Positions 38,156-47,087 of a stretch of 64,000 nt of DNA are shown piece by piece (positions within the stretch are counted from its first letter, which is position 1; the number at the start of each line of letters is the position of its first letter). The notes under the pieces are model-generated. The model saw only the letters and a program-made list of their open reading frames with translations. It ran no database searches and was not told where the DNA came from. Source of the stretch: a virus. Taxonomy: Duplodnaviria; Heunggongvirae; Uroviricota; Caudoviricetes. Where the stretch lies: positions 212,278-276,277 of IMG/VR virus record IMGVR_UViG_3300028887_000002. One strand, 5' to 3'. Both the position numbers and the translations under genes were made by a program.

Positions 38156-38800
38156 TTAACGAATATAGTTGCGGATGATACGGGAAACAGTTTCATTAAT
38201 ATTATTTTCCCTCCGATTTTTCCAACCCTCACCTTTAATATAATTTGTTCTACCATGAAGATAATTGTCTATAGTATGACCTATTTCGTTATTTTGTAGG
38301 AATTCTTTATATTCATCATCGGTTTCAAAATCATATTTTTCTCTGCCTATAGGAATATCACCATATTCTTCAAACTTACCATTCCAATCAATCTTTTCCA
38401 TATCCCTATCCCAATCAATATCATGAGGACTTTTATAGTGATACCCAAAGAATACAGGCCCAGTTGCATTACTTCCGTCAGACCACCAACCATCATTATC
38501 CTTTACATATACATCATCACCTATAGGCCGTAGTGATAAATTTCTACCAAATTGTTTAGACAAACCTTTGCTAGCACTTGTACTAAAATCTCTAGCTCTA
38601 TTATCTTCTTTTTTATATTCATTCCGATTTTTATCCCAATCGTCTCGTTTGGAAGGGTCAACATACCTTTTGTAAGCAGCGTCGGCTTTTTTCTGTGCCT
38701 TTCTTGCCGCATTCATATAAGTTTTCCAATCAAGTTCGTTGATTGCTTCTCTGACAATATTCCTTAGGTCAGATTCTGTAAGTCTAATTCTTTGTTTCAT
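38156..38800 (-). CDS. hypothetical protein with CTS-like N-terminus MKQRIRLTESDLRNIVREAINE and Trp/Asp/Glu-rich body (214 aa)
   Basis: N-terminal motif shared with the proteins at 48840..49190 and 3134..3553 and with the module at 22234..22596. Late-promoter-like element upstream. Confidence 0.6.
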   Translation of the reverse strand: MKQRIRLTESDLRNIVREAINELDWKTYMNAARKAQKKADAAYKRYVDPSKRDDWDKNRNEYKKEDNRARDFSTSASKGLSKQFGRNLSLRPIGDDVYVKDNDGWWSDGSNATGPVFFGYHYKSPHDIDWDRDMEKIDWNGKFEEYGDIPIGREKYDFETDDEYKEFLQNNEIGHTIDNYLHGRTNYIKGEGWKNRRENNINETVSRIIRNYIR

Positions 38801-38825
38801 ATTATAATCAATTTTATTTCGTTAT

Positions 38826-38848
38826 TATGATTATAAATAGTACAAGAT
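38826..38848 (-). promoter_or_regulatory. putative phage late promoter element (minus-strand GTACTATTTATAATCATAATAAC, core TATTTAT at 38833..38839, 33 nt from the ATG)
   Basis: Conserved with the elements upstream of the capsid, scaffold and 48840 genes at similar spacing. Confidence 0.45.
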
Positions 38849-38869
38849 AAAAAAATAATAAAAAAAAAA

Positions 38870-38904
38870 TCTTGTTACTTTCAAATATTTGATTTATCTT
38901 TGCA
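38870..38904 (+). promoter_or_regulatory. Bacteroidota-type promoter (TATCTTTG 38895..38902) for the methyltransferase gene
   Basis: Consensus -7 element. Upstream TTG(T) at 38872..38875 is a weak -33 element. Confidence 0.45.
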
Positions 38905-38923
38905 CTCATAAAATTAACTAATA

Positions 38924-40411
38924 ATGGAAAATAGTTTTACATTCATAGATTTGTTTGCTGGTATTGGCGGATTTCACATAGCACTAAGTAACGTCGGTGG
39001 TGAATGTGTTGGTTATAGTGAAATAGCACAGGACGCAATAGAAGCATACTGCAAGAATTTTAATGAAAGCAAGGAAGATAATCTTGGTGATATAACAAAG
39101 TTAGAAACTTTACCCTGTCATGATTTTCTTACTGCTGGAGTTCCGTGCCAAAGTTGGTCGTGCGCTGGCAAGAAACTTGGATTTGACGACCAGCGCGGGC
39201 AGTTGTGGTTTAACACGCTATCTCTCTTGGAAACATCCAAACCAAAGGCGTTTATATTCGAGAATGTGAAAGGGCTGACCGAACCAAGGAATAAAGACGC
39301 ATTAGAATATATTATGAACCGTATTCGTGAGGCAGGATATTATGCAAACATTTATATACTCAATGCCTATGATTATGGTGTGCCGCAGGCTAGAATCCGT
39401 CTCTATATAGTCGGTTTTGATGACGAGAAGTATTACAAGCGGTTTAAGTTAGGCGCTACTTGTCCAGGAAGCGTACAACTTGGCGATATTCTTGATGACT
39501 TCAGAAGTAACGATACAAAAATTGGCAATAGCGTTAGCCTGGGACAGAGTTTATCAAGTAACGAAGATGGCATTAATGACTATTTTCTGTTTAACGACAT
39601 GAGGGGTGGTCAAACGACAATACATTCATGGGACATACAGGAGACTACTGACAGGGAGAAGAGCATATGCAATCTCCTGCTTAAAAACAGAAGGAAGGCT
39701 TATTATGGCAATTTGGATGGCAATCCATTATCTTTTGAACATTTCAAGGAACTAGATGAGACGATTACCAACGACGAACTTGAAGAACTGGTTAATAAGC
39801 ATATTTTCAGAAAAGTCCCATATACTTATCAAATTATTGATATTGGAAAGACTGAAACTGACTTTGAAAGACTCTTGACAAGCCTTTCAATTGACGATAT
39901 CATAAAGGTATATGACGTTAAGAACAATCGTGCAGTGAAAAAGACGGGAATAAATGTAGTCAAACAATTGTCCGATATGGAGAATAAGGGCATAGTGAAA
40001 TTAGTTGAAACAAGATACGATTTCAAAAATGCAAAGGCAAGCACTGGCATTAATGGGGTTAACCGAATTTTTCTACCTACATCAAAGATATATCCGACAC
40101 TCGTCGCAAGTGATTCCGCTGACTACATCTCGACAGTCGGCATAGAAGTCGGTCCACCCGAAGCATTCAAGAGAAAGTTTCTTGAAAAGGTTTATGCTCC
40201 GCATAATTTTAGAAAGATAACCAAGGAAGAGGCTTGCAGAATACAGTCGTTCCCCGATAATTTCATATTACCCGAAACACGGGCAAGATGGATGAAACTG
40301 CTAGGCAACAGCGTATGTCCAAAGGTAGTTCAGATGATTGCCCAAAGCGTAGTTGATACAGGTATTTTTAAAAAAAAAGTAAACTTCACTGCCCAATTAC
40401 GAACGTTTTAG
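38924..40411 (+). CDS. DNA (cytosine-5)-methyltransferase with large variable target-recognition region (495 aa)
   Basis: FIDLFAGIGGF, GVPCQSWS and ENVKGL. Confidence 0.85.
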   Translation: MENSFTFIDLFAGIGGFHIALSNVGGECVGYSEIAQDAIEAYCKNFNESKEDNLGDITKLETLPCHDFLTAGVPCQSWSCAGKKLGFDDQRGQLWFNTLSLLETSKPKAFIFENVKGLTEPRNKDALEYIMNRIREAGYYANIYILNAYDYGVPQARIRLYIVGFDDEKYYKRFKLGATCPGSVQLGDILDDFRSNDTKIGNSVSLGQSLSSNEDGINDYFLFNDMRGGQTTIHSWDIQETTDREKSICNLLLKNRRKAYYGNLDGNPLSFEHFKELDETITNDELEELVNKHIFRKVPYTYQIIDIGKTETDFERLLTSLSIDDIIKVYDVKNNRAVKKTGINVVKQLSDMENKGIVKLVETRYDFKNAKASTGINGVNRIFLPTSKIYPTLVASDSADYISTVGIEVGPPEAFKRKFLEKVYAPHNFRKITKEEACRIQSFPDNFILPETRARWMKLLGNSVCPKVVQMIAQSVVDTGIFKKKVNFTAQLRTF

Positions 40412-40444
40412 CTTCGGAAGGGTTATATATGTAAGTGAAATTTG

Positions 40445-40469
40445 AAATGTTTAACTAAAAGAAAGGAAT
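40445..40469 (+). promoter_or_regulatory. conserved 25-nt 5' leader AAATGTTTAACTAAAAGAAAGGAAT with strong Shine-Dalgarno-like GAAAGGA; identical copy at 49839..49863
   Basis: Exact 25-nt identity between the two sites. Both precede an ATG GCx start. Confidence 0.5.
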
Positions 40470-40475
40470 AATATT

Positions 40476-41609
40476 ATGGCAAAGGAAACTGAAAAGATGG
40501 AAAACAAGTTTGAATTGTATTCACCGAAGGAAATCAAGGCTCACCTTGACAACCACGTAATCGGACAGGAAGAAGCAAAGAAGATACTGTCGGTTGCAAT
40601 ATACAACCACTACAAGCGTATGCTTTCGACGAAGTATGACATCGGCAACGACAATCCAGCATACAAGGATGTGACAATAGAGAAGTCCAACATCATACTG
40701 CTCGGCAACACTGGTACTGGAAAGACATTCCTCGTACAGACAATTGCAAAGATGCTCGGTGTACCCCTGTTCATACAGGACTGCACCAAACTGACCGAAA
40801 GCGGTTATGTGGGAGAGGATGTAGAGAACTGCGTTGGCGGACTGCTTCGTGCCTGTGATTATGACGTTGAAAAGGCTGAAATGGGCATAGTAATACTTGA
40901 CGAGGTCGATAAGATTGCAAAGACCACAAAGGGCAATATGTCAATAACCCGTGACGTTGGTGGTGAAGGTGTACAGCAGGGTCTGCTGAAGATAGTTGAA
41001 GGAAGTGTTGTAGGCGTACCACCCCAGGGCGGTAGAAAGCACCCAGAACAGAAACTCGTGGAAGTCGATACACGCAACATATTGTTCATAGCACTTGGCG
41101 CATTCCCAGGCATCGACAAGGAGATTGAAAGACGTTTCAACAAGACAAGCGTTGGTTTCAGGAACTCTTCAGACACCAAGACAATATCAAACCTCACGCA
41201 GGACACAATCCTCGGCAAGGTAAAGGGCGATGACCTCAAGAACTTCGGACTTATACCAGAATTCGTAGGCAGGTTCCCAGTTATTACGCACACCAACCCG
41301 TTGAAGGTGGAGGATATGGTAAGGATTATCACCGAACCGCAGAACAGTCTTCTGAAGCAGTACCAGAAACTGATGGACATGGATAACGTTGACCTTGTGT
41401 TTACTGACGACGCCATAAGGATTGTCGCCGAGGAAGCGTTGAAGTGTGAAACGGGTGCAAGAGGTCTCAGGGGCATAATGGAACAGATACTCACCGACGT
41501 GATGTATGAATATGCCGAAACAAAAAAGAATACCAAACTCAAGATTGACAAGGCGTTCGTTGAAAAAATCCTCGGAGAGAAGGAAACACTTTACGGTGAA
41601 ACGGCTTAA
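40476..41609 (+). CDS. clpX: ClpX-like AAA+ unfoldase lacking the N-terminal C4 zinc-binding domain
   Basis: Walker A GNTGTGKTF, pore-1 loop GYVGEDVE, Walker B IVILDEVDKI, VGF in place of the IGF ClpP-docking loop, LIPEFVGRFPV and sensor-2 TGARGLR. Begins at the region that corresponds to about residue 60 of E. coli ClpX. Confidence 0.9.
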   Translation: MAKETEKMENKFELYSPKEIKAHLDNHVIGQEEAKKILSVAIYNHYKRMLSTKYDIGNDNPAYKDVTIEKSNIILLGNTGTGKTFLVQTIAKMLGVPLFIQDCTKLTESGYVGEDVENCVGGLLRACDYDVEKAEMGIVILDEVDKIAKTTKGNMSITRDVGGEGVQQGLLKIVEGSVVGVPPQGGRKHPEQKLVEVDTRNILFIALGAFPGIDKEIERRFNKTSVGFRNSSDTKTISNLTQDTILGKVKGDDLKNFGLIPEFVGRFPVITHTNPLKVEDMVRIITEPQNSLLKQYQKLMDMDNVDLVFTDDAIRIVAEEALKCETGARGLRGIMEQILTDVMYEYAETKKNTKLKIDKAFVEKILGEKETLYGETA

Positions 41610-41636
41610 TTGACTTTTCCAAAGCCATATATATTT

Positions 41637-41680
41637 GAAAGGACGGTTGCTAATATTAACTTCCGTCCTTTTTTTGTTTT
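41637..41680 (+). terminator. rho-independent terminator (AAGGACGG ... CCGTCCTT plus TTTTTTGTTTTT)
   Basis: 8-bp stem and T-run. Confidence 0.6.
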
Positions 41681-41729
41681 TCCGCGATTTAGATTTGTTT
41701 AGATTTCTTCGTCTCCTTCAAAATCAAGG

Positions 41730-43280
41730 TCAATCTTTCTTCTTCCATACATACTTGAACAGCCCGCAGTTCCATACACGGTCGTAGCCCAACTCACGGG
41801 TCATCTCGGTCTCGGTCATTGTAAGGGGAAGTCCGTATTTCTTATGGAGTATCTGCTTTCTAAACAAAAACTTATGGTATCTCTTGCATTCCCCTGTCTT
41901 ATAATATGTATAGTCTGGTTCGGTAATACTTTCAAGTTCAAATCCAAGATGTGTATATAGATTATCCGATGGGTTCAATGTCCACCTCCTGTCAGCAAAC
42001 GACTTTACTATTGTCGGGTTATAGTTCTTTATAAAATAAGAAAACAACTTTCCACCAACACCCTGACATATATATCGGCTGTCAGTCGCAAACCTCACAA
42101 GATTCCATTCTTCACCATTCTTTGTAAAAGACATAACCCCAATGAGAATATTTTCATAGTATGCACCAACATGGATGGTAGAATTCGCAAAACCCTGTAT
42201 GTGGTTGGCGTTTAAAAATGCTTCAGCGGTCTTCTTATCAAGAACACTTATATTGCATTTCCTTCCGCCAACTTTTGGCTTTGAATCATCATCAATTCCA
42301 AGCGAGTGGCATATCTTGTCGAATATTATATCCTTATGTTGTACATATTCATCCTCGAATATCTGAATAAGTCCGACACCCTTGCTATTGGCCAATAGTG
42401 TCTTGTTAAGGTGATATGACTTGTCCTTTCCGCCGAACCATTCCGAATGCCATCTAAGACCGTTATATTCAATCCCCACATTGAAACTGGGTATATATAT
42501 GTCAACCTCCAGTCCGTCAAGCAACGATTTGTCGTGTAATATAACCTTATCCTCACCCAACTTGTTGCATAGCATTTCATATATTTCAAGTTCGGCGTAT
42601 GAAAGGTGTTTCCCGCATTTAGGACAACCCTTCCCCTGCAATAACGCATCAGGATTCATTTTAAACACTCCGTGGGGCTTCCCGTTGGAACCAATCTTGT
42701 TACATATTATACTGACATCAATTTGGCTTGCCTTGTAGTCGACCAATGAATAGTCGTAGTCATCGTCCTTATGAACAGCCTTGCACTTCTCAATGAATGT
42801 TTCATTGTCATATCTGTTCCTTTCAGCATTCCTGTCAATTGTCAATCTCTTATGCGAACAACCTTTCAGATGCACCACTGGTTCCTGCCAGAATTCGCCA
42901 TACTCATTACCATCCGCATCAAGTTCACGACATATTATACAGACTGGTGTATGCATATTGACATATTCAACCTTAGAATAGTCAAGTTTCTCCCCCTTAT
43001 GCACCTGCTTGAAGCGTTCAACAACTTCCTCCGTTGTAAGCGACTTAGACCTTGAAATCTTATTGCCACGTTTCCTTGGGTGCGACTGCCCCTTGAACAG
43101 GTTGTTTGGTGTTGCCTTGAAAGCACCATATTCCTTACCGTTCTCGTCAAGGTCACGGTCTATTATAATGACGTTTGTTCGGTTGTTCACATATACGACC
43201 TCCGAAAAGTCAAGGTTCTCGTTGGGGTGGGACGCCTTGACCTTCTCAATGAACTCGTCCATTGTCATTCGCCTACTCAT
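41730..43280 (-). CDS. multi-domain nuclease-like protein, paralog 1 (three N-terminal ~55-aa Cys/His repeats, PD-(D/E)xK Vsr/DUF559-like core DIYIPS..IEYNG..WH, conserved C-terminal tail)
   Basis: Internal repeats FIEKxKxVH..DYSxVxY...IIC...G..HG.F..P..LL.G.GCPKCG. The C-terminal 40 aa are almost identical to those of the next gene (LHKKYGLPLTMTETEMTRELGYDRVWNCGLFKYVWKK). Confidence 0.55.
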   Translation of the reverse strand: MSRRMTMDEFIEKVKASHPNENLDFSEVVYVNNRTNVIIIDRDLDENGKEYGAFKATPNNLFKGQSHPRKRGNKISRSKSLTTEEVVERFKQVHKGEKLDYSKVEYVNMHTPVCIICRELDADGNEYGEFWQEPVVHLKGCSHKRLTIDRNAERNRYDNETFIEKCKAVHKDDDYDYSLVDYKASQIDVSIICNKIGSNGKPHGVFKMNPDALLQGKGCPKCGKHLSYAELEIYEMLCNKLGEDKVILHDKSLLDGLEVDIYIPSFNVGIEYNGLRWHSEWFGGKDKSYHLNKTLLANSKGVGLIQIFEDEYVQHKDIIFDKICHSLGIDDDSKPKVGGRKCNISVLDKKTAEAFLNANHIQGFANSTIHVGAYYENILIGVMSFTKNGEEWNLVRFATDSRYICQGVGGKLFSYFIKNYNPTIVKSFADRRWTLNPSDNLYTHLGFELESITEPDYTYYKTGECKRYHKFLFRKQILHKKYGLPLTMTETEMTRELGYDRVWNCGLFKYVWKKKD

Positions 43281-44958
43281 TGCTGACTCCTTTCTTCCAT
43301 ACGTACTTGAATAGTCCGCAGTTCCAGACGCGGTCGTAGCCCAACTCGCGGGTCATTTCGGTTTCGGTCATCGTGAGGGGTAGGCCGTACTTCTTGTGGA
43401 GTATCTGCTTGCGGAAGCCGAACTTGTGGAAACGCTTAGTTCCGTCAATCTTCTTGTTGTAGTAGTAATAGTCAGGCTTAATTGTCTGAACCATATTGAA
43501 ACCGAGTTTGGTATAAAGGTTATCCTCCGCCCACATAGTCCAGCGTCTGTCGGCAAATGTCTTTACTTCATCTACATTATAGTTTCTGATGAAATGTTTG
43601 AAGAGTTTACCGCCCACGCCTTGGCATACTGCGTCATATAGGCTAGCATATCTTGTGAGATTCCATTGACCTGGAGTTTCTTCAATAAAAGTCATAACGC
43701 CAACCAACGCATTATTATAGTATGCACCAAGATATAAACTTGAATTAGCAAAACCTTGTATATGGTTTGTTTCAAGGAATATTTTGGCAACATCCTTGCA
43801 TATTTCCGTTACAGTGCATTTTCGGCCAGGAATAACCGTTTGCCCTTCTATTCTTACGTTTAAGAGGTGACGTATCTTTGATAATACTAAATTCTTGTGA
43901 TGGATGAACTCGTCATCATATATATGTATTAGTCCAATACCGAGTTTGTTACACTCAATCGTCTTGTTTAAGTGATAGTTCCTGTCCTTGCCGTACTTTT
44001 CAGTATGCCACATATTTCCATCATATTCAATGGCAATCTTCTTTGAAGGTATATAAATGTCAAGTTCCCTACCTTTTAGGATTTTCCTGTCTGCATAACA
44101 ATCAAATCCCAATGACCTGATAAATTCCATTATTTCTAGTTCCGCACTGCTCTGACGCTTGAAGGTCATATTTTCATTAACAGCCGTCACCTGTTTAACG
44201 AGCAAGTCGTGGAATTCCTTTGATACAAGTGGAGTATCGTACAATTCTCGATATCTCAACTTATCCAGTCCATGCTTTTTCAAATGGACATTGTCAATAC
44301 GTGCGAGTTTTTCTCCGCATACTTGACATACAACAAATTTGTCAGGGTCGGTTTCCATTGAACGGTCTAAGGATTTATTTACTAACGCGAAATAAGGACG
44401 TTCTTCAGGGTGTTCTTCAAGATATTGAAACTTTGTCATATTATGGGTGTTCCTTAAATGCACCTCAAATGCACCACTCTTGTTATCCAAGTCTGTTGTA
44501 GTCCAATCACAATAAGGGCATTTTTTGGCTTCTTTGTCCTTTACTAATTTTACTTTCAGCCATTGTTCCCACCAGTAGTTTCCTGTACGTCTGTAATACA
44601 TTTGACGTTCATGTAACGACGGAGTTGGAATACCATACTCCTTCTCAATATAAGTTGTTAATACACCGCCCTTATTTCCAATATCAATACTTTCAAAGTC
44701 AGTTTTTTCGTCATACACGACATAGTGTGTCATATTGTCAGGCTCAGGGTATTTTTCAGTATGATAATCCTCCACGACATAATCGTATTTGAAACCTTGA
44801 TTACCCTTCTTTTTAATAGGTATATTGTTTCGGTCAAGAATTTCACGGATTCTTTTCTTTCCGACATGATGTTTTAAGGCTAAAGTTTCAATACGTTCTT
44901 CACCATTTATATATTCTTTGCAAATTTCAGTTTCATCCAATGATGTTTTCGCTTTCAT
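43273..44958 (-). CDS. multi-domain nuclease-like protein, paralog 2 (561 aa; ELDIYIPSKKIAIEYDGNMWH core, GNAT-like CQGVGGKLF motif)
   Basis: Same architecture as paralog 1. About 85% nucleotide identity over the 3' ~130 nt. Confidence 0.55.
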   Translation of the reverse strand: MKAKTSLDETEICKEYINGEERIETLALKHHVGKKRIREILDRNNIPIKKKGNQGFKYDYVVEDYHTEKYPEPDNMTHYVVYDEKTDFESIDIGNKGGVLTTYIEKEYGIPTPSLHERQMYYRRTGNYWWEQWLKVKLVKDKEAKKCPYCDWTTTDLDNKSGAFEVHLRNTHNMTKFQYLEEHPEERPYFALVNKSLDRSMETDPDKFVVCQVCGEKLARIDNVHLKKHGLDKLRYRELYDTPLVSKEFHDLLVKQVTAVNENMTFKRQSSAELEIMEFIRSLGFDCYADRKILKGRELDIYIPSKKIAIEYDGNMWHTEKYGKDRNYHLNKTIECNKLGIGLIHIYDDEFIHHKNLVLSKIRHLLNVRIEGQTVIPGRKCTVTEICKDVAKIFLETNHIQGFANSSLYLGAYYNNALVGVMTFIEETPGQWNLTRYASLYDAVCQGVGGKLFKHFIRNYNVDEVKTFADRRWTMWAEDNLYTKLGFNMVQTIKPDYYYYNKKIDGTKRFHKFGFRKQILHKKYGLPLTMTETEMTRELGYDRVWNCGLFKYVWKKGVSNE

Positions 44959-45044
44959 AAAATTATTTTTTAAATCACATATATTATTACAAAAATCGTG
45001 CCATAATTTTGCGGTGACCTACAAGTACCTTTCCTATTGTAGGG

Positions 45045-45081
45045 GCAAAAATAAAAGGGTTGAATATAAAATCCAACCCTT
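45045..45081 (-). terminator. rho-independent terminator downstream of the major capsid gene (AAGGGTTG ... CAACCCTT; the minus strand reads hairpin then TTTTATTTTTG); second hairpin at 45018..45044
   Basis: 8-bp stem with T-run on the minus strand. Confidence 0.6.
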
Positions 45082-45124
45082 AAAGTTTTAGTGTAACTCA
45101 AACACTTAACTCGTTGATACACAA

Positions 45125-47068
45125 CTATCTCAATTCGAGAGTTGACCAGTGTACCAAACCGTCGCAACGGATTGCACCGTAGTAGCGGTTGTTAACGAGT
45201 TTCTTCGCGTAACGGGTCATGATACCCTTTACTGGTGCAAAGTTGAAAGGATTTGTTACAGTTGGGGTCAAAGCCATCGGGATATAAGGTGCATAGATGT
45301 AACCAGTATCCAAGAGGCTTGTTCCGTGGTGACCCATGATGAGTGACCAGTAAGGTGCATACGGGTCAACGATTACTTTGTAACGTCCCTGCAACGAACC
45401 AATCTTTTCGATACCCATGTTGTACTGTTCGCTTTCAGCAGAAGCGTCAGTTACGTGGAAGTATTCGAGGTCGTTAAGAACTGCGCTGATTTCAGCCGAT
45501 ACAACGATGAAGTTTGCACCGCCTTGAAGTGTCGACTTTTGGATTTGTGCCGAAATCATGTTAATCTTGGTCATAAGGGTCTGGTTCCAGTCCTTCTGAG
45601 TGTAAACGGTAGAAGTTGTACCAAGTCTCTGCCATCCGTTGTAGTCCCAACGAGCCTGCCATGGAGCAGCCTTACGAAGGTCGCGGAGGATTTCACGGTC
45701 AAGTTCTGCTGCAATCTGTTCAGAAAGGATTGCGGTAAGTTCTGCTTCAGCATCAATGTTGTGGAAAGCAGATACGTCCTGTGCCAATTCAGGTGACCAG
45801 GTTGCTCTCAACTTTCTTTCTTCAACAGCAACGGTAACTGAAGTGAGTTCGAACGATACTTCGCCCATTTCGGTTTCGAGTTCGAGTGAATCGTACTGAA
45901 TCCAAGCGATGTCGAACAACTGGCTTCCGTCAGTAGCGTTGTCAGTGTTAGGACTGCCGTTGGTGAACAATGCGCTAGCGTCAACACCGATATAGCCGTC
46001 AATAGTACCACCCTGTGCAGTGCAAGGCTTTGTGAGGTCAAGTTCGATATACAACTTACCCTGAGCATCACAGATGTCACCGTAGTTTACGGTGCCATGT
46101 CCGTACTTCTGAGTAACAACTCTGAAAGGAACAGATTCGTTCTGCTTGAAAGACGAGGTCTTCAAGGTGTCGCTACCTTCAACGGCAACTGGAGCGATTG
46201 CGTTCTTGGTGATAACCTTCAATGAAGCGAGGAATGCTTCGGTATCCATTTCGTTTCCGTCAGGACCTGTCAGACGACCTGCGTTGTATGAAGCGAAACC
46301 GCTAACTTCGAGGATAACAGATGCAACAGCACCGTTAAGCAACGGAAGTTCTTCTTCGCTTGCTACTGGAACGAATTCGCCGTTTTCAGCAAGTCTTACG
46401 ATGTCAGCCTTACCAACCTTGATGGTTGCCTTACCCTTCGAGTTATCATAGAGGAAATCATCATAGAACAAGTCGTAGAGCGATTTCTTCATATAGGTGG
46501 TAACTTCGGGTTCAGTAGTTCTGCTGCTGGTCTGAACTGGGTCAACTACTGTGTCGTCAAGATAGTAGCGGTTGTACTGCTCGTTGTATCTTGCATCCAG
46601 TGGAGTTGCTGGCCAAGTACCTGTTGGTTCTTCAGCGTTCTTGTCATAGAATCTGTTGGTTCTCTTGTAACCCATGAGACCAGTGTGGCTTCCTTGGTTA
46701 CCATCAACCATTTCGTCGTAATCCCACTTGCGTTCGCTGGTTACTGGACGGATGTAGAACAACTTACCTACTGGGAGGTTCATTGCCTGTACTGATACGA
46801 TGTCGTTAGCAAGGAGTTTGCTGAAGACACGTCTAATCAACGGGAACACTACGGTTTCGAACGAACCTGAGTTATCCGATGCAGTTGCTTCGTAGATAAG
46901 GTTCTTTGCCTGGTTTTCGTAAAGTGTTGCCATATTTTCCTTGATGTGACCGTTAAGGCCGTTAAGGAATCCGAGCTTATCCCATCTCTTCTGGATATCT
47001 TCGCGGATTTTCTTTTGTGCATCGTATTCAATTGAGCCGACTGCACCTGATGTTAAAAGTTCTCTCAT
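45125..47068 (-). CDS. major capsid protein, T4 gp23-like
   Basis: Multiple long blocks align to T4 gp23: VQAMNLPVGKLFYIRPV / VQPMNSPTGQVFALRAV; WSPELAQDVSAFHNIDAEAELTAILSEQI / YSIELAQDLRAVHGMDADAELSGILATEI; GANFIVVSAEISAVL / GNFIIASRNVVNVL; IYAPYIPMALTP / IYYAPYVALTP; NFAPVKGIMTRYA / NFQPVMGFKTRYG. Start taken at the ATG at 47066..47068. Confidence 0.9.
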   Translation of the reverse strand: MRELLTSGAVGSIEYDAQKKIREDIQKRWDKLGFLNGLNGHIKENMATLYENQAKNLIYEATASDNSGSFETVVFPLIRRVFSKLLANDIVSVQAMNLPVGKLFYIRPVTSERKWDYDEMVDGNQGSHTGLMGYKRTNRFYDKNAEEPTGTWPATPLDARYNEQYNRYYLDDTVVDPVQTSSRTTEPEVTTYMKKSLYDLFYDDFLYDNSKGKATIKVGKADIVRLAENGEFVPVASEEELPLLNGAVASVILEVSGFASYNAGRLTGPDGNEMDTEAFLASLKVITKNAIAPVAVEGSDTLKTSSFKQNESVPFRVVTQKYGHGTVNYGDICDAQGKLYIELDLTKPCTAQGGTIDGYIGVDASALFTNGSPNTDNATDGSQLFDIAWIQYDSLELETEMGEVSFELTSVTVAVEERKLRATWSPELAQDVSAFHNIDAEAELTAILSEQIAAELDREILRDLRKAAPWQARWDYNGWQRLGTTSTVYTQKDWNQTLMTKINMISAQIQKSTLQGGANFIVVSAEISAVLNDLEYFHVTDASAESEQYNMGIEKIGSLQGRYKVIVDPYAPYWSLIMGHHGTSLLDTGYIYAPYIPMALTPTVTNPFNFAPVKGIMTRYAKKLVNNRYYGAIRCDGLVHWSTLELR

Positions 47069-47087
47069 TATAATCAATTTTTTTATT

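Larger units (their letters stand above)
41730..44958 (-). repeat. tandem paralogous gene pair
   Basis: Shared repeats and near-identical C-termini. Confidence 0.6.

Noticed and set aside
40771-41551. 230-aa and 100-aa minus-strand ORFs antisense to clpX
   Set aside because: ClpX identity is unambiguous on the plus strand. The antisense frames are Ser/Cys-rich low-complexity.
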